Source: Longimicrobiales bacterium (GTDB taxonomy: Bacteria; Gemmatimonadota; Gemmatimonadetes; Longimicrobiales; Gaopeijiaceae). Taken from it: a stretch of DNA of 64,000 nt. Of the stretch, positions 10,149 to 19,312 are shown piece after piece. The position numbers and the translations under genes were made by a program. The notes beneath the pieces are model-generated. The model was not told the origin of the DNA. It searched no databases and saw only the letters and a list, made by a program, of their open reading frames with translations. The stretch spans positions 1,472,302 to 1,536,301 of the forward strand of contig OY730414.1 in the NCBI GenBank assembly GCA_963422615.1, in the 5' to 3' direction. Numbering within the stretch: the first letter of the stretch is position 1; every line of letters starts with the position of its first letter.

Positions 10149-10178
10149 GGAGGTCCGCCGCCCCCTACAGGCCAAGCC

Positions 10179-10862
10179 TCAGGCGGGGATGTCGGGCCCC
10201 GCAGAAGGAGGCCCTTGGGAGCTTCCGTTAGCATCCCGTCCCCGCTGGCCGAATCCCGCATGCCGTGGCACCGGCTTCCGCTTCACGAGATCGTTGTCGC
10301 TGGTGGGATCAGGGGGGGTCCGGCTCCCATCCGGCGGCGCCTTGATACGCCGCTGGAGTCGGTCCAGGCTTTCCTGCAGCTGCCGGCCCTGGGCGTCTTC
10401 CATCCCCAGGGCGGTCCAGCCCAGAAGCGGGTTCCAGCCCAGGTCGGCCCGTTCCGTCCAAGAAACGAAGGATTTTCCCTCCCGTTCTTCGATGGATAGG
10501 GTGCCTTCGAAACGGATGGCACCGTCCTCCACTTCCACCACGTAGTCCACACCCTGCGGCGGCCGGAAGCCGGTGAGGGTGAGGGTGCCCGAACCGATCC
10601 CGGGGTCGTCCCACACGCGGCGGGCTCCCAGGCCCGATGCGGGTCCCTCCACCCGGGACTCGACATCTCCCCAGGGAGTCCATTCGGCCCACGTCTCCAG
10701 ATTTCCCAGCAGGGGGAAGATCTCCTCGGGAGAGGCGTCGATTTCCACGGAGCGGGTCACCTGGACGGTTCCGGGAAGCAGAATGCCGACGACGATGAAG
10801 AGGGAGAAAAGGATCGCCAAAGCCCCTAGGCTTCCCGCCACCCGTTTCCTGATCGCGCTCAT
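10179..10862 (-). CDS. SRPBCC/START-like (polyketide cyclase) family protein with N-terminal membrane anchor
   Basis: TM helix followed by VTRSVEIDASPEEIFP...WTPW...GLGARRVW; ATG at 10862 overlaps the upstream TGA. Confidence 0.8.
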   Translation of the reverse strand: MSAIRKRVAGSLGALAILFSLFIVVGILLPGTVQVTRSVEIDASPEEIFPLLGNLETWAEWTPWGDVESRVEGPASGLGARRVWDDPGIGSGTLTLTGFRPPQGVDYVVEVEDGAIRFEGTLSIEEREGKSFVSWTERADLGWNPLLGWTALGMEDAQGRQLQESLDRLQRRIKAPPDGSRTPPDPTSDNDLVKRKPVPRHAGFGQRGRDANGSSQGPPSAGPDIPA

Positions 10863-11800
10863 CTCATCGGCTCCGGGCAAGGGGTTGTCCCTCCCGGTGC
10901 TCCGGCCCGGCCGCCTATCGCCCGAGTGCCTTCATCCCGATCAGGCCGGCCCGAGCAGGCAGGGTCAAGGCGGCAGCGGGACGCCAGGGAGCCCTCCAGC
11001 GAAGACCAGACATGCTCCGCCACCACCCCGTGGCCGTCGGCGTTGGGGTGGATTCCGTCTTCTTGGTTCAGCTGGGGAACGGCCGCCACGCCTTCCAGAA
11101 GAAACGGGATCAGAAGCACTCCGCTTTCCTCCGCGATTCGTCTGAAGACATTCCGAAACGACGCTGTGTAGGCGGGCCCCAGGTTCGGGGGGGCCTCCAT
11201 TCCGGCCAGGACGATTTCGGCTTCCGGGGCGCGCTGCCGCGTCTCCAGCACTATCCACGACAGGTTCTCATACAAGGCCTCCGGGCTCTGGCCCCGGAGA
11301 CCGTCGTTCGCGCCCAGCTCGACAAAGAGCACCGCGAGAGACGCCCCGTGAAGCGCCAGCAAGCCCGGTAGGCGCGACCGGCCCCCGGCGGAGGTCTCTC
11401 CGCTTATCCCCGCGTTGACGACCACGTACGGGTACCCGGCCTCGGCGATCCGACGGCCGATTCGGGCCGGGTAGGCAAGTTCCGGATCCTGTAGTCCGTA
11501 GCCTGCGGTGAGGCTGGTCCCGATGAAGACGATTCGTCCCGGGACCGGGCTGTCCGAGGCTTGAGCGGGGACGGCTGCTTCCTCCAGTTCCTCCAGGGCG
11601 GGGGTGTCCCGGGGTGTACAGGTTCCCGTGCCTTGATCAGCTTGGAGAACCCCTGCCCTTTCGTCCGGAAGGGCGCCGGATCGGCTGCCCGCTTCTCCGC
11701 ATGCTCCGAAAGTGGCAGCTCCCAGTGACAGGAGGACCGAAGCCCTGGCGAACAAAGCACGGACGATGATCGAAGCCCGAGGGCTGTCCAGGACATTCAT
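10859..11800 (-). CDS. SGNH/GDSL arylesterase (TesA-like), probable lipoprotein; start uncertain (ATG 11800 or TTG 11755)
   Basis: Blocks FIGTSLTAGYG, NAGISGETSAGG, ELGANDGLRG and DGIHPN; lipobox-like FGAC; divergent from a ybbA-like gene. Confidence 0.88.
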   Translation of the reverse strand: MNVLDSPRASIIVRALFARASVLLSLGAATFGACGEAGSRSGALPDERAGVLQADQGTGTCTPRDTPALEELEEAAVPAQASDSPVPGRIVFIGTSLTAGYGLQDPELAYPARIGRRIAEAGYPYVVVNAGISGETSAGGRSRLPGLLALHGASLAVLFVELGANDGLRGQSPEALYENLSWIVLETRQRAPEAEIVLAGMEAPPNLGPAYTASFRNVFRRIAEESGVLLIPFLLEGVAAVPQLNQEDGIHPNADGHGVVAEHVWSSLEGSLASRCRLDPACSGRPDRDEGTRAIGGRAGAPGGTTPCPEPMR

Positions 11801-12545
11801 GAGCGGGGGTCGCCCTCTGACGGTACTGAGCGGCATCGATCTGGAGATCCAAGCCCGGGCATTTGTGGCCGTCGTGGGTCCATCGGGTAGCGGAAAAACG
11901 ACACTACTGGGTCTCCTTGCGGGACTGGACCGCCCGACCACGGGGCAGGTCACCCTGGACGGCCACAACCTGAATGGGTTTACAGAAGATGAACGCGCAA
12001 GCTTTCGGGTCAACCGAGTCGGCTTCGTCTTCCAGACCTTTCACCTGCTCCCGACCCTGACCGCCCTGGAAAATGTTCTCGTTCCTCTGGAGCTGGCCGG
12101 GGGAGGCCGGCGCTCAGGGGGCGCATCGGCCAGGGACCGGGCATCCGACCTTCTGGAGCGGGTTGGGCTGACCGAACGGGCGGACCACTACCCGGTTCAG
12201 CTCTCCGGGGGCGAGAAACAGCGGGTTGCCCTAGCGCGAGCCTTCGCGAACCGACCGCGGATCCTCTTCGCCGACGAGCCCACGGGAAATCTGGACGCCG
12301 GAACCGGCGCCACGGTCGTTGCCCTCATGGAAGAGCTCAACCGTCAAGCCGGGACGACGCTCGTGCTGGTCACCCATGACGTCGACCTGGCGGATCGGGC
12401 CGACCGGGTCGTGCGCCTTGTCGGAGGCCGAGTTGTTTTTGACGGAACGCCGGGGACGCCGGCGCTTGCCGATGCTCCGCCCGGGGGCGTTCCTCCCGAC
12501 GGACCCCCGGCTCCGGGCCCGCCGGCAGAGGACGGCCCGGGGTAG
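11766..12545 (+). CDS. ABC transporter ATP-binding protein (YbbA/LolD-like)
   Basis: Walker [27 protein letters not shown]; start taken at MIEARGLS. Confidence 0.93.
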   Translation: MIEARGLSRTFMSGGRPLTVLSGIDLEIQARAFVAVVGPSGSGKTTLLGLLAGLDRPTTGQVTLDGHNLNGFTEDERASFRVNRVGFVFQTFHLLPTLTALENVLVPLELAGGGRRSGGASARDRASDLLERVGLTERADHYPVQLSGGEKQRVALARAFANRPRILFADEPTGNLDAGTGATVVALMEELNRQAGTTLVLVTHDVDLADRADRVVRLVGGRVVFDGTPGTPALADAPPGGVPPDGPPAPGPPAEDGPG

Positions 12546-12549
12546 GAGA

Positions 12550-15090
12550 ATGGGCTTCTTCGCGGTCCGCATGGCGGCTCGGGAGTGGCGGTTTGCCCTC
12601 CGGCGCCTGGGGGTCTACATGACTTCCATTACCGTGGGCGTGGCTGCTCTCGTCGCCCTCCACTCCTTTCGGGACGACGTGGTCCGGTCGATCCACAAGG
12701 AGAACCGGAGCCTCTTGGGAGCCGACGCCCGCGTGGGGGCAAACCGGGAGATCCCGGACTCCGTCATGGCGATCGTCGATTCGTTGGTCGGGTTGGGTGC
12801 CGAAGCCGCGCGGGTCACTCACACGGTCTCCATGGCCCTTGCGGAGCGCAGCGGCCGAACGCGCTTGGTACAGCTTCGGGGGGTGGAGCCGGGTTTCCCC
12901 TTCTACGGTGAAGTCAGCACCGATCCCCCGGGGCTCTGGGACGTTTTGGCGGACGGGGCCGCGCTTGTCGACCCGGCGTTGATGGTTCAGCTCGACCTGG
13001 AGATCGGCGACACCGTGCGGGTGGGTGCCGGGAGCTTTCGGGTCCGGGGTACCGTGGCCGGACTACCGACGGACATCGGCCTGCAAGCGGCCATCGGACC
13101 CCGCATCTTCATAGTCCGGGATCGGCTCGCCGCCACCGGACTGCTTACGCGGGGCAGCCTGGCCCGCCACAACCTCTACCTTCGCCTCCCGGCAGACGTG
13201 GATCCCGACGAAGTGGAAGCCTCCCGGGAGGATGTGCTGCGGGCCACCCAGATCTCCTTCCGGACCCCTGAGGAGCATGTGAGGTCCCTCACCCGTTCTG
13301 CGGACTTCCTGGCGGACTTCCTCGGCCTTGTGGGCCTGGCAGCGCTGCTCGTGGGTGGGGTGGGCGTGGGGAGTGCGGTGAGCCTATACGTCCGGGGCAG
13401 GCTTACGGCTGCTGCCGTGCTCCGGTGCGTGGGCGCCACCCGGTCGCAGGTCTTCTCCATCTACCTGCTTCAAGCCGGGTGGATGGGACTTCTGGGTTCG
13501 GCCCTGGGCGTCGCCGTCGGCCTGGTCGTCCAGCGCTGCCTTCCCCTCCTGATTCGCGACATCCTGCCCGTGTCCGTAGTCGCTTCCGTATCGCTGGAAT
13601 CTGTCGCCTTCGGCCTTTTCCTGGGGACATGGGTGGCCATCGTCTTCGCCTTGATTCCTCTGGTCGAAGTCCGGAAGGTCACCCCCCTGCGGGCCCTCCG
13701 CCACGTCGCCGAAGCCGCGCCTCGGGGGGACTTGGCCCGGAAGGGGTCGATTGCTCTGGTCGCCGCCACGGTTCTGGTGCTCACGGGGCTGGAAGCGCCT
13801 TCCCCGGCAGCGGGCCTTGCCTTTGCCGTTGCCCTTTCCGTCGTCGCCGGGGTCCTGTGGTGCGTTGCCCTGGGGCTTGTCCGGGGTACCCGAAGGGTCT
13901 TCCCCCGGCGCGCCAGCTACACCGTCAGGCAAGGCGTGGCCAACCTCTTTCGTCCGGGGAACCAGACGGTGGCCGTAACCCTGGCCTTGGGCTTCGGCGT
14001 AATGGTGGTGGGGGTGATCCTCCAGGTTCAGCACAACCTGGTCAGAGAGGTGTCCCTGGACAGGGGTCCGAACAGCGCCAACATGCTTCTCTTCGATGTG
14101 CAGCCGAACCAGGAAGCGGAGGTGACGGCCCTCCTTGGGGAGTACACGGAGAACCCGCCGGAGGCGGCCCCGGTTGTCACAGCCCGAATCGCCGCGGTGA
14201 ACGGTCGCCCCGTCGCCGACATCCTGGCGGACACCACGGATGGCGACCGTCCCTCCCGGTGGGCCCTGCGGCGGGAGTACCGCAACACGTACCGCCAGGA
14301 GGCGAAGGAGGGCGAAGACATCGTGGCCGGAGTCTGGTGGGACGACGGAGGTCCCCGGTCAACCGGGCTGCCCCGGGTCTCCCTGGAGGAGGAACTGGCC
14401 CGGGATCTTCAGGTGAGTACGGGCGACCAGATCACGTGGCGGGTGGGCGGCCTGGATTTCACGAGCGAAGTGACGAGCCTCCGGGACATCGATTGGGACG
14501 GCCTGGATGCCCACTTTCCTGTGGTGTTCGAGCCGGGTGTGCTGGAAGACGCACCCCGCACCAGCATCCTGTTGGCGCACATTGCCGGCGAAGAGGCCCG
14601 GATGGGCTTCCAGCAGGATCTCGTTCGCCGGTATCCCAACGTGTCGGTGTTGGACCTCTTCACGATCCGGACCACCTTGGAGGCCATTCTCTCCCGGGTC
14701 CTTTCCGCCATTCGAATCGTGGCAGGGCTGTGCACGGTGGCGGGGCTGGTCGTGATGACCGGCTCAATCGCCTCCACGAGGGCCCGGCGGCGTCTGGAAG
14801 GCGCCCTCCTTCGAACCCTGGGCGCCCGATTTCGCCAGGTCAGGCGGATCCTGCTGATCGAATACGCTGCTCTGGGTACCCTGGCGGCCTTGGCAGGAGG
14901 GCTCTTGTCGCTGCTGTTGAGCTGGCTCCTCGTGAGCTTTCAGTTCGACCTGAACTATGTGCCGGCTGTGGGAGCGATGCTCCTGCTGTGGCTGGCGGTC
15001 GTGGTCATGACCGTATTGGCCGGACTCGTGAGCGGTGGCAGTCCGGCTCGGAGCACGCCTCTTTCGGTGCTCCGAGCGGCGGCAGAGTAG
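12550..15090 (+). CDS. FtsX/MacB-type ABC permease (YbbP-like)
   Basis: ATG after GGAG; two repeats of TM-periplasmic-3TM architecture; LLGADA, FPFYG, LLFDVQPNQ, LRTLGA motifs. Confidence 0.9.
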   Translation: MGFFAVRMAAREWRFALRRLGVYMTSITVGVAALVALHSFRDDVVRSIHKENRSLLGADARVGANREIPDSVMAIVDSLVGLGAEAARVTHTVSMALAERSGRTRLVQLRGVEPGFPFYGEVSTDPPGLWDVLADGAALVDPALMVQLDLEIGDTVRVGAGSFRVRGTVAGLPTDIGLQAAIGPRIFIVRDRLAATGLLTRGSLARHNLYLRLPADVDPDEVEASREDVLRATQISFRTPEEHVRSLTRSADFLADFLGLVGLAALLVGGVGVGSAVSLYVRGRLTAAAVLRCVGATRSQVFSIYLLQAGWMGLLGSALGVAVGLVVQRCLPLLIRDILPVSVVASVSLESVAFGLFLGTWVAIVFALIPLVEVRKVTPLRALRHVAEAAPRGDLARKGSIALVAATVLVLTGLEAPSPAAGLAFAVALSVVAGVLWCVALGLVRGTRRVFPRRASYTVRQGVANLFRPGNQTVAVTLALGFGVMVVGVILQVQHNLVREVSLDRGPNSANMLLFDVQPNQEAEVTALLGEYTENPPEAAPVVTARIAAVNGRPVADILADTTDGDRPSRWALRREYRNTYRQEAKEGEDIVAGVWWDDGGPRSTGLPRVSLEEELARDLQVSTGDQITWRVGGLDFTSEVTSLRDIDWDGLDAHFPVVFEPGVLEDAPRTSILLAHIAGEEARMGFQQDLVRRYPNVSVLDLFTIRTTLEAILSRVLSAIRIVAGLCTVAGLVVMTGSIASTRARRRLEGALLRTLGARFRQVRRILLIEYAALGTLAALAGGLLSLLLSWLLVSFQFDLNYVPAVGAMLLLWLAVVVMTVLAGLVSGGSPARSTPLSVLRAAAE

Positions 15091-15234
15091 GCGCGGTCGA
15101 ATCCGACTGGATGGGAAAGATGATCCTGGCCCGGATGGTCTCGATGTCGGGAACGTGGATTCGGAATATTGGTTGCCCACGCGGGGAAAAACTCGTAATA
15201 CACAAAAGGGGGTGAGCCGCGGGAAGGCAAATGA

Positions 15235-16749
15235 GTGCGCCACAAGGGGAGAACTATTTCCGAATCCCGACCCTACCGAGACGCTGTTGATCAGCTTTTC
15301 AGCCACGCAGTGATCTGCCATGGCGCCAGGAGCCTGGCGGACCTGGCCAAGCTTGATTTTGCGGCCCTGTTGGAGGAGACCGGTCTGGGCGGAATTGCCG
15401 ACCAAATCGACCTTGCCCAAGCAATGGGAGCGATTCGTTCCAAGTATCAGGTTGGCCGGGTGTTCTCCGAAGCCCTGGACGCCCTGGACGATCGGCGTCG
15501 GGCCATCGCCAGGAAGAGAACCTATGCCGAAGTGCCGGAGAAGCTGGTTGCCCTGGGTCGCGAATTCGGCGTCAGCCGAGAGAGGGCCCGCCAGCTGGAG
15601 GTCAACCTCAAGCGGACGATCGAAGCGACGACGGCCTCGGAGATTCGACGAGCTGTCCGGTGGCTTCGTCGCACGATCGGCCCGGCCGCCGCTCCCGGAA
15701 AATTCCGAATGACCCTCAATCTGCTCGTCGGGGACGCGCTGACGGAATGGCGGACCGCCGTGGAGGTCGCCGTGATGGCGGAGAGCGGCTACGCGTACCT
15801 TGACGGTGTGGTCGGCGACGACACTTTCCGGGAGCTCATCCGCCGAACCCGCCGTCGCGCTAGGGAGTTCGCGGACGGCGTCGGGGTCATCGACGAGCGG
15901 GGTCTTCGGGAGGCGTTGGGCGGGGAGAGAGTTCCAGAGTGGGAAAGTTTGGTGCGGAACGCGGGACTGGTGCGCATGGGGACAAGCCTCGTACTTCGCA
16001 GCACGCGGCGCGTGCGGGTCTATTTGGCTCTGTGGGAGCTGGGCGATCCGGCGACCCGGGAGACGATTGCCCGGGTTGCCGGGCTTGCGGACAACACGAC
16101 CCTGTCCAGCCTGTTGTCGTCGGATCCGCTCTTCGTTCGCCTGACCAAGGACAAATGGGGCTTGGCGGCGTGGACCGACGATCCTTACGAGGGCGTCGTT
16201 ACCGAGATCGTCAAGAGGATCGACCGCGCCGGGGGCGAAATCGGCATCGAAGAACTGCTGAACGACATACCCGAGCGGTTCGATGTCCTGCCGGCAACCG
16301 TCAAGAACTACCTGGCGACGAAAAAATTCATCATCACGGGAGGATACGCCCGGGTCGTGTTGGAGCCGTCCGTTCCCCTACAGGACCTTTCGGATGCCCG
16401 GGATGTACTCTGGACCCGGAGCGGGGTACCGGTTCTCCGGTTCATCGTTGGGACCCACCACCTGAAGGGCAACAGTCAGAAGGTTCCCGTGGCGGTGGCC
16501 CAACACCTGGGCGTAGCCCTGGACGGGTCGACGAAGATTCCGTTCACGCGCCCCGCCGGGGTGGACGCTGCTTCGGTCATCTGGCGGTCATACGACCCCA
16601 ATGGACCGGAGATCGGGCGGCTTCGCGAGGCCCTTTTGGAATCCGGTGCGTCCCCGGGAGACGAAGTATTCCTGGTCTTGAAGCAGGATGGTCTTCGCCT
16701 GCTCTCCGAAGGGTCGACTTTGCTCAAGAGGAAGCCCAGCCGGGGTTGA
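15235..16749 (+). CDS. Sigma70 region-4-like HTH protein with downstream winged-helix (HARE-HTH-like) domains
   Basis: LDDRRRAIARKR...LGREFGVSRERARQLE; later LSSDPLFVRLTKDKWGL; start uncertain. Confidence 0.75.
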   Translation: MRHKGRTISESRPYRDAVDQLFSHAVICHGARSLADLAKLDFAALLEETGLGGIADQIDLAQAMGAIRSKYQVGRVFSEALDALDDRRRAIARKRTYAEVPEKLVALGREFGVSRERARQLEVNLKRTIEATTASEIRRAVRWLRRTIGPAAAPGKFRMTLNLLVGDALTEWRTAVEVAVMAESGYAYLDGVVGDDTFRELIRRTRRRAREFADGVGVIDERGLREALGGERVPEWESLVRNAGLVRMGTSLVLRSTRRVRVYLALWELGDPATRETIARVAGLADNTTLSSLLSSDPLFVRLTKDKWGLAAWTDDPYEGVVTEIVKRIDRAGGEIGIEELLNDIPERFDVLPATVKNYLATKKFIITGGYARVVLEPSVPLQDLSDARDVLWTRSGVPVLRFIVGTHHLKGNSQKVPVAVAQHLGVALDGSTKIPFTRPAGVDAASVIWRSYDPNGPEIGRLREALLESGASPGDEVFLVLKQDGLRLLSEGSTLLKRKPSRG

Positions 16750-16826
16750 CGATAGGCCTTGGGGGTGGCGAGGGCCCTTGGGGGGAGTGGAAATCCCGCG
16801 GTTGTGGCTCCTCCGGCGACCGGGAG

Positions 16827-18587
16827 TCAGCCGGGGTGTTCGCGGACCCCCCGAGGCCCCACCCGGGATTCGGCTTTGGAGAGCAGCCAGTCCACCGCGA
16901 CCGCCAGTCCTGCGGACGGAACCGCCCCCGACAGGATCATCACCGGGTCGGCCAGGGTGAGCCCCGCTACGATGGGGTCGCCCAGTCCGCCGGCACCGAT
17001 GAAGGCCGCGAGGGTGGCGGTGCCCACGTTGATGACCGCCGCCGTGCGGACCCCGGCCATGATGACCGGAGCCGCCAGGGGCAGCCGGATTTTCCACAGG
17101 AGCTGCCCTTCGGTCATTCCCAGGGCCCGTCCAGCGGCTACGGCTTGGGGTGCTGCCTCGATGATTCCCGTGTAGGTGTTTCGCAGGATCGGCAGGAGCG
17201 AATACAGGAAGAGCGCGGCCACGGCCGGCACAACGCCGATCCCGAAGAGGGGGATCATGAAAGCGAGGAGAGCGATCCCGGGAATGGTCTGAAACAGCCC
17301 GGTGATTCCAATGGCCCCCTGGGCCAGGGATCGGCGTCTCTCTAGCAGGACGCCCCCGGGAATGGCCGTCAGAATCGCCGTGACCAGGGAGGTGAACACG
17401 AGAAGGAGGTGGCGCACCAGCTGTCTTCCCAATTCGTTGCGGTTGGCCCACATGTACGCCGGCAAGGTCCGCACCGAGCGGGAGGGCGCCGCCCCGGAAC
17501 GGCGTCCGGCGTCCGGCCCCGAAAGAGGATCCTGCTGGGCCCGGGAGGCTCCGGCTTCCGTCCCGTCGGACAGCCCGATCTCCGCGAGAAGCTCCCTCGC
17601 CGCTTCCGGAATGGTCGCCGCTTCGACTTCGACCTTCTCGTTGGCCCTTCGCATGGCCTCCACACCGATCCGGCCGGCCATGCGGGACATGACGAGGACC
17701 GCGTCGGGTCGGTCTTCGTAGAAGCTGCGGCTGACCAGGGGGGCCGTTTCGTACGGGGGGAAGAAGTTCCGGTCGTCCGCCAAGACGGCGAGGTCGTATC
17801 GGACGATGGCCCCGTCCGTGGCGTAACCGTCGATCACGTCCACTTCGCCCGCAACAAGGGCCTGGTACTTGATGGCCTGAAGTAGGCTCCGGGTTTCCCG
17901 GAAGCGGATCCGATACGCCCGGGCGAGCCCGGGGAGGCCGTCGGATCGGCCGAGGAAGTCCGGCGAGAAACCGGCCGTCAACCCCGGCGCGACGTTGGCG
18001 AGGTCGGAAAGGGTTCGAATGTTCAGGGAGTCGGCGTCGATTCGGCGCATGGCGACGGCGTAGTCGTTTTCGAACCCCAGGGGAGCCAGCCAGCGAACCC
18101 CCCAGCGGGCTTGGAATTCGTCGCTGACCCGCCGATACACGGCGGCCGGGCCGCCTCCTCCTGGGGGCGCCTCGTCCAGGATTGCTGCGAGACCGGTTCC
18201 CGTGTATTCGGGGTACATGTCGATGTCGCCCCGGACCAGGGCCCGGAAGACCACTTCCGTTGCGCCCATTCCGACCCGTCTGTCCACCGGGTACCCGTTC
18301 TGCTCCAGAAACTGAGCGAACGCTTCGGCCAGGATGTAAGACTCCGCGAAGGGCTTCGATGCGACGACGACGGTCCCGGTGTGGTCCTGTCCAGCTCGCG
18401 CCACCGAGGGCCAGGCCGCCCAAAGGCAACCGAATGTCCAGGCCAGGAGGCGGGCCGAACGGGCCCGGAAAGGGGCAGGGCCGTACGGCGGGAGATGTCG
18501 CTCGTCCGCCGGGCAGCGCGCGCATTCAGGGCCCCGGACGGTTCCCCGGACCCGGGACGGCGAATGGGTGGAAGAAGGAGCCCTCAC
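16827..18587 (-). CDS. Osmoprotectant (glycine betaine/choline-type) ABC transporter, fused substrate-binding protein and permease
   Basis: VASKPFAESYIL, YPEYTGT, GFENDYA, FFPPY in the SBP part; QTIPGIALL, RNTYTGI and EAA loop in the permease part; GTG overlaps the ATPase stop codon, true start may be later. Confidence 0.9.
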   Translation of the reverse strand: MRAPSSTHSPSRVRGTVRGPECARCPADERHLPPYGPAPFRARSARLLAWTFGCLWAAWPSVARAGQDHTGTVVVASKPFAESYILAEAFAQFLEQNGYPVDRRVGMGATEVVFRALVRGDIDMYPEYTGTGLAAILDEAPPGGGGPAAVYRRVSDEFQARWGVRWLAPLGFENDYAVAMRRIDADSLNIRTLSDLANVAPGLTAGFSPDFLGRSDGLPGLARAYRIRFRETRSLLQAIKYQALVAGEVDVIDGYATDGAIVRYDLAVLADDRNFFPPYETAPLVSRSFYEDRPDAVLVMSRMAGRIGVEAMRRANEKVEVEAATIPEAARELLAEIGLSDGTEAGASRAQQDPLSGPDAGRRSGAAPSRSVRTLPAYMWANRNELGRQLVRHLLLVFTSLVTAILTAIPGGVLLERRRSLAQGAIGITGLFQTIPGIALLAFMIPLFGIGVVPAVAALFLYSLLPILRNTYTGIIEAAPQAVAAGRALGMTEGQLLWKIRLPLAAPVIMAGVRTAAVINVGTATLAAFIGAGGLGDPIVAGLTLADPVMILSGAVPSAGLAVAVDWLLSKAESRVGPRGVREHPG

Positions 18588-19312
18588 AACGACACGCCCG
18601 ATTTCTCGAGCAGCTCTGCGGCGTATCCGTCGGCCCGGACCCCCAGCGCATCGGCTGGCGCCTCCAGGACGATCTTGCCGGCACGCATGACGGCGATCCG
18701 GGTGGCGACCCGAAACGCTTCCGCCAGGTCGTGAGTGACGAGGACGGCGGTCACCCCGGCGGACTTCCGAAGGGCGACGAAGGCCTTCTGGGCTTCGAAA
18801 CGCGTGATTGCGTCCAGCGCCCCGAAGGGTTCGTCCATGAGAAGGATGTCCGGGTCCGCCGCCATGGCGCGGGCGATGGCGACGCGCTGCCGCTGGCCCC
18901 CCGACAGGTCTCGAGGGTAGCGATTTGCAAAAACCCGGGGGGACAACCCTGTCGCCTCCAACGCTCTCCTACCTTGGCCCCTCGCGTCTTTCTGTCCCAG
19001 AAGCCCGGGGACCAGGCACGCGTTCGTGAGACAGGTCCAGTGGGGGATGAGGCCGCCGTCCTGCTGCACGTAGCCGATGGAACGGCGGAGGTGGACGGGG
19101 TCGGCCGCGTCCACCGATTTCCCCCGCACCAGAACCCGTCCCCGGTCCAGCACCGTGATCCCGTTGATGGACTGAAGCAGGGTGGTTTTGCCCGAACCGC
19201 TCTCCCCGACCAAGGCGAGACAGGTGCCAGCCTTCACCCGAAGCGTGACGTCGTCCAGCGCCACCGTCTCTCCGTAGCGTTTCCCGGCTCCTTCGACCCG
19301 GATCAGGGCCAT
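18584..19312 (-). CDS. Osmoprotectant ABC transporter ATP-binding subunit
   Basis: Starts MALIRVEGAGKRYG; GESGSGKT, LRRSIGYVQQ, LSGGQRQR, LLMDEPFGALD; 3' part of ORF 18584..20176. Confidence 0.92.
   Translation of the reverse strand: MALIRVEGAGKRYGETVALDDVTLRVKAGTCLALVGESGSGKTTLLQSINGITVLDRGRVLVRGKSVDAADPVHLRRSIGYVQQDGGLIPHWTCLTNACLVPGLLGQKDARGQGRRALEATGLSPRVFANRYPRDLSGGQRQRVAIARAMAADPDILLMDEPFGALDAITRFEAQKAFVALRKSAGVTAVLVTHDLAEAFRVATRIAVMRAGKIVLEAPADALGVRADGYAAELLEKSGVSL

Noticed and set aside
10144..10169. Hairpin TGTAGGG/CCCTACA at the rho stop as an intrinsic terminator
   Set aside because: Short stem, long loop and no U-tract on either strand
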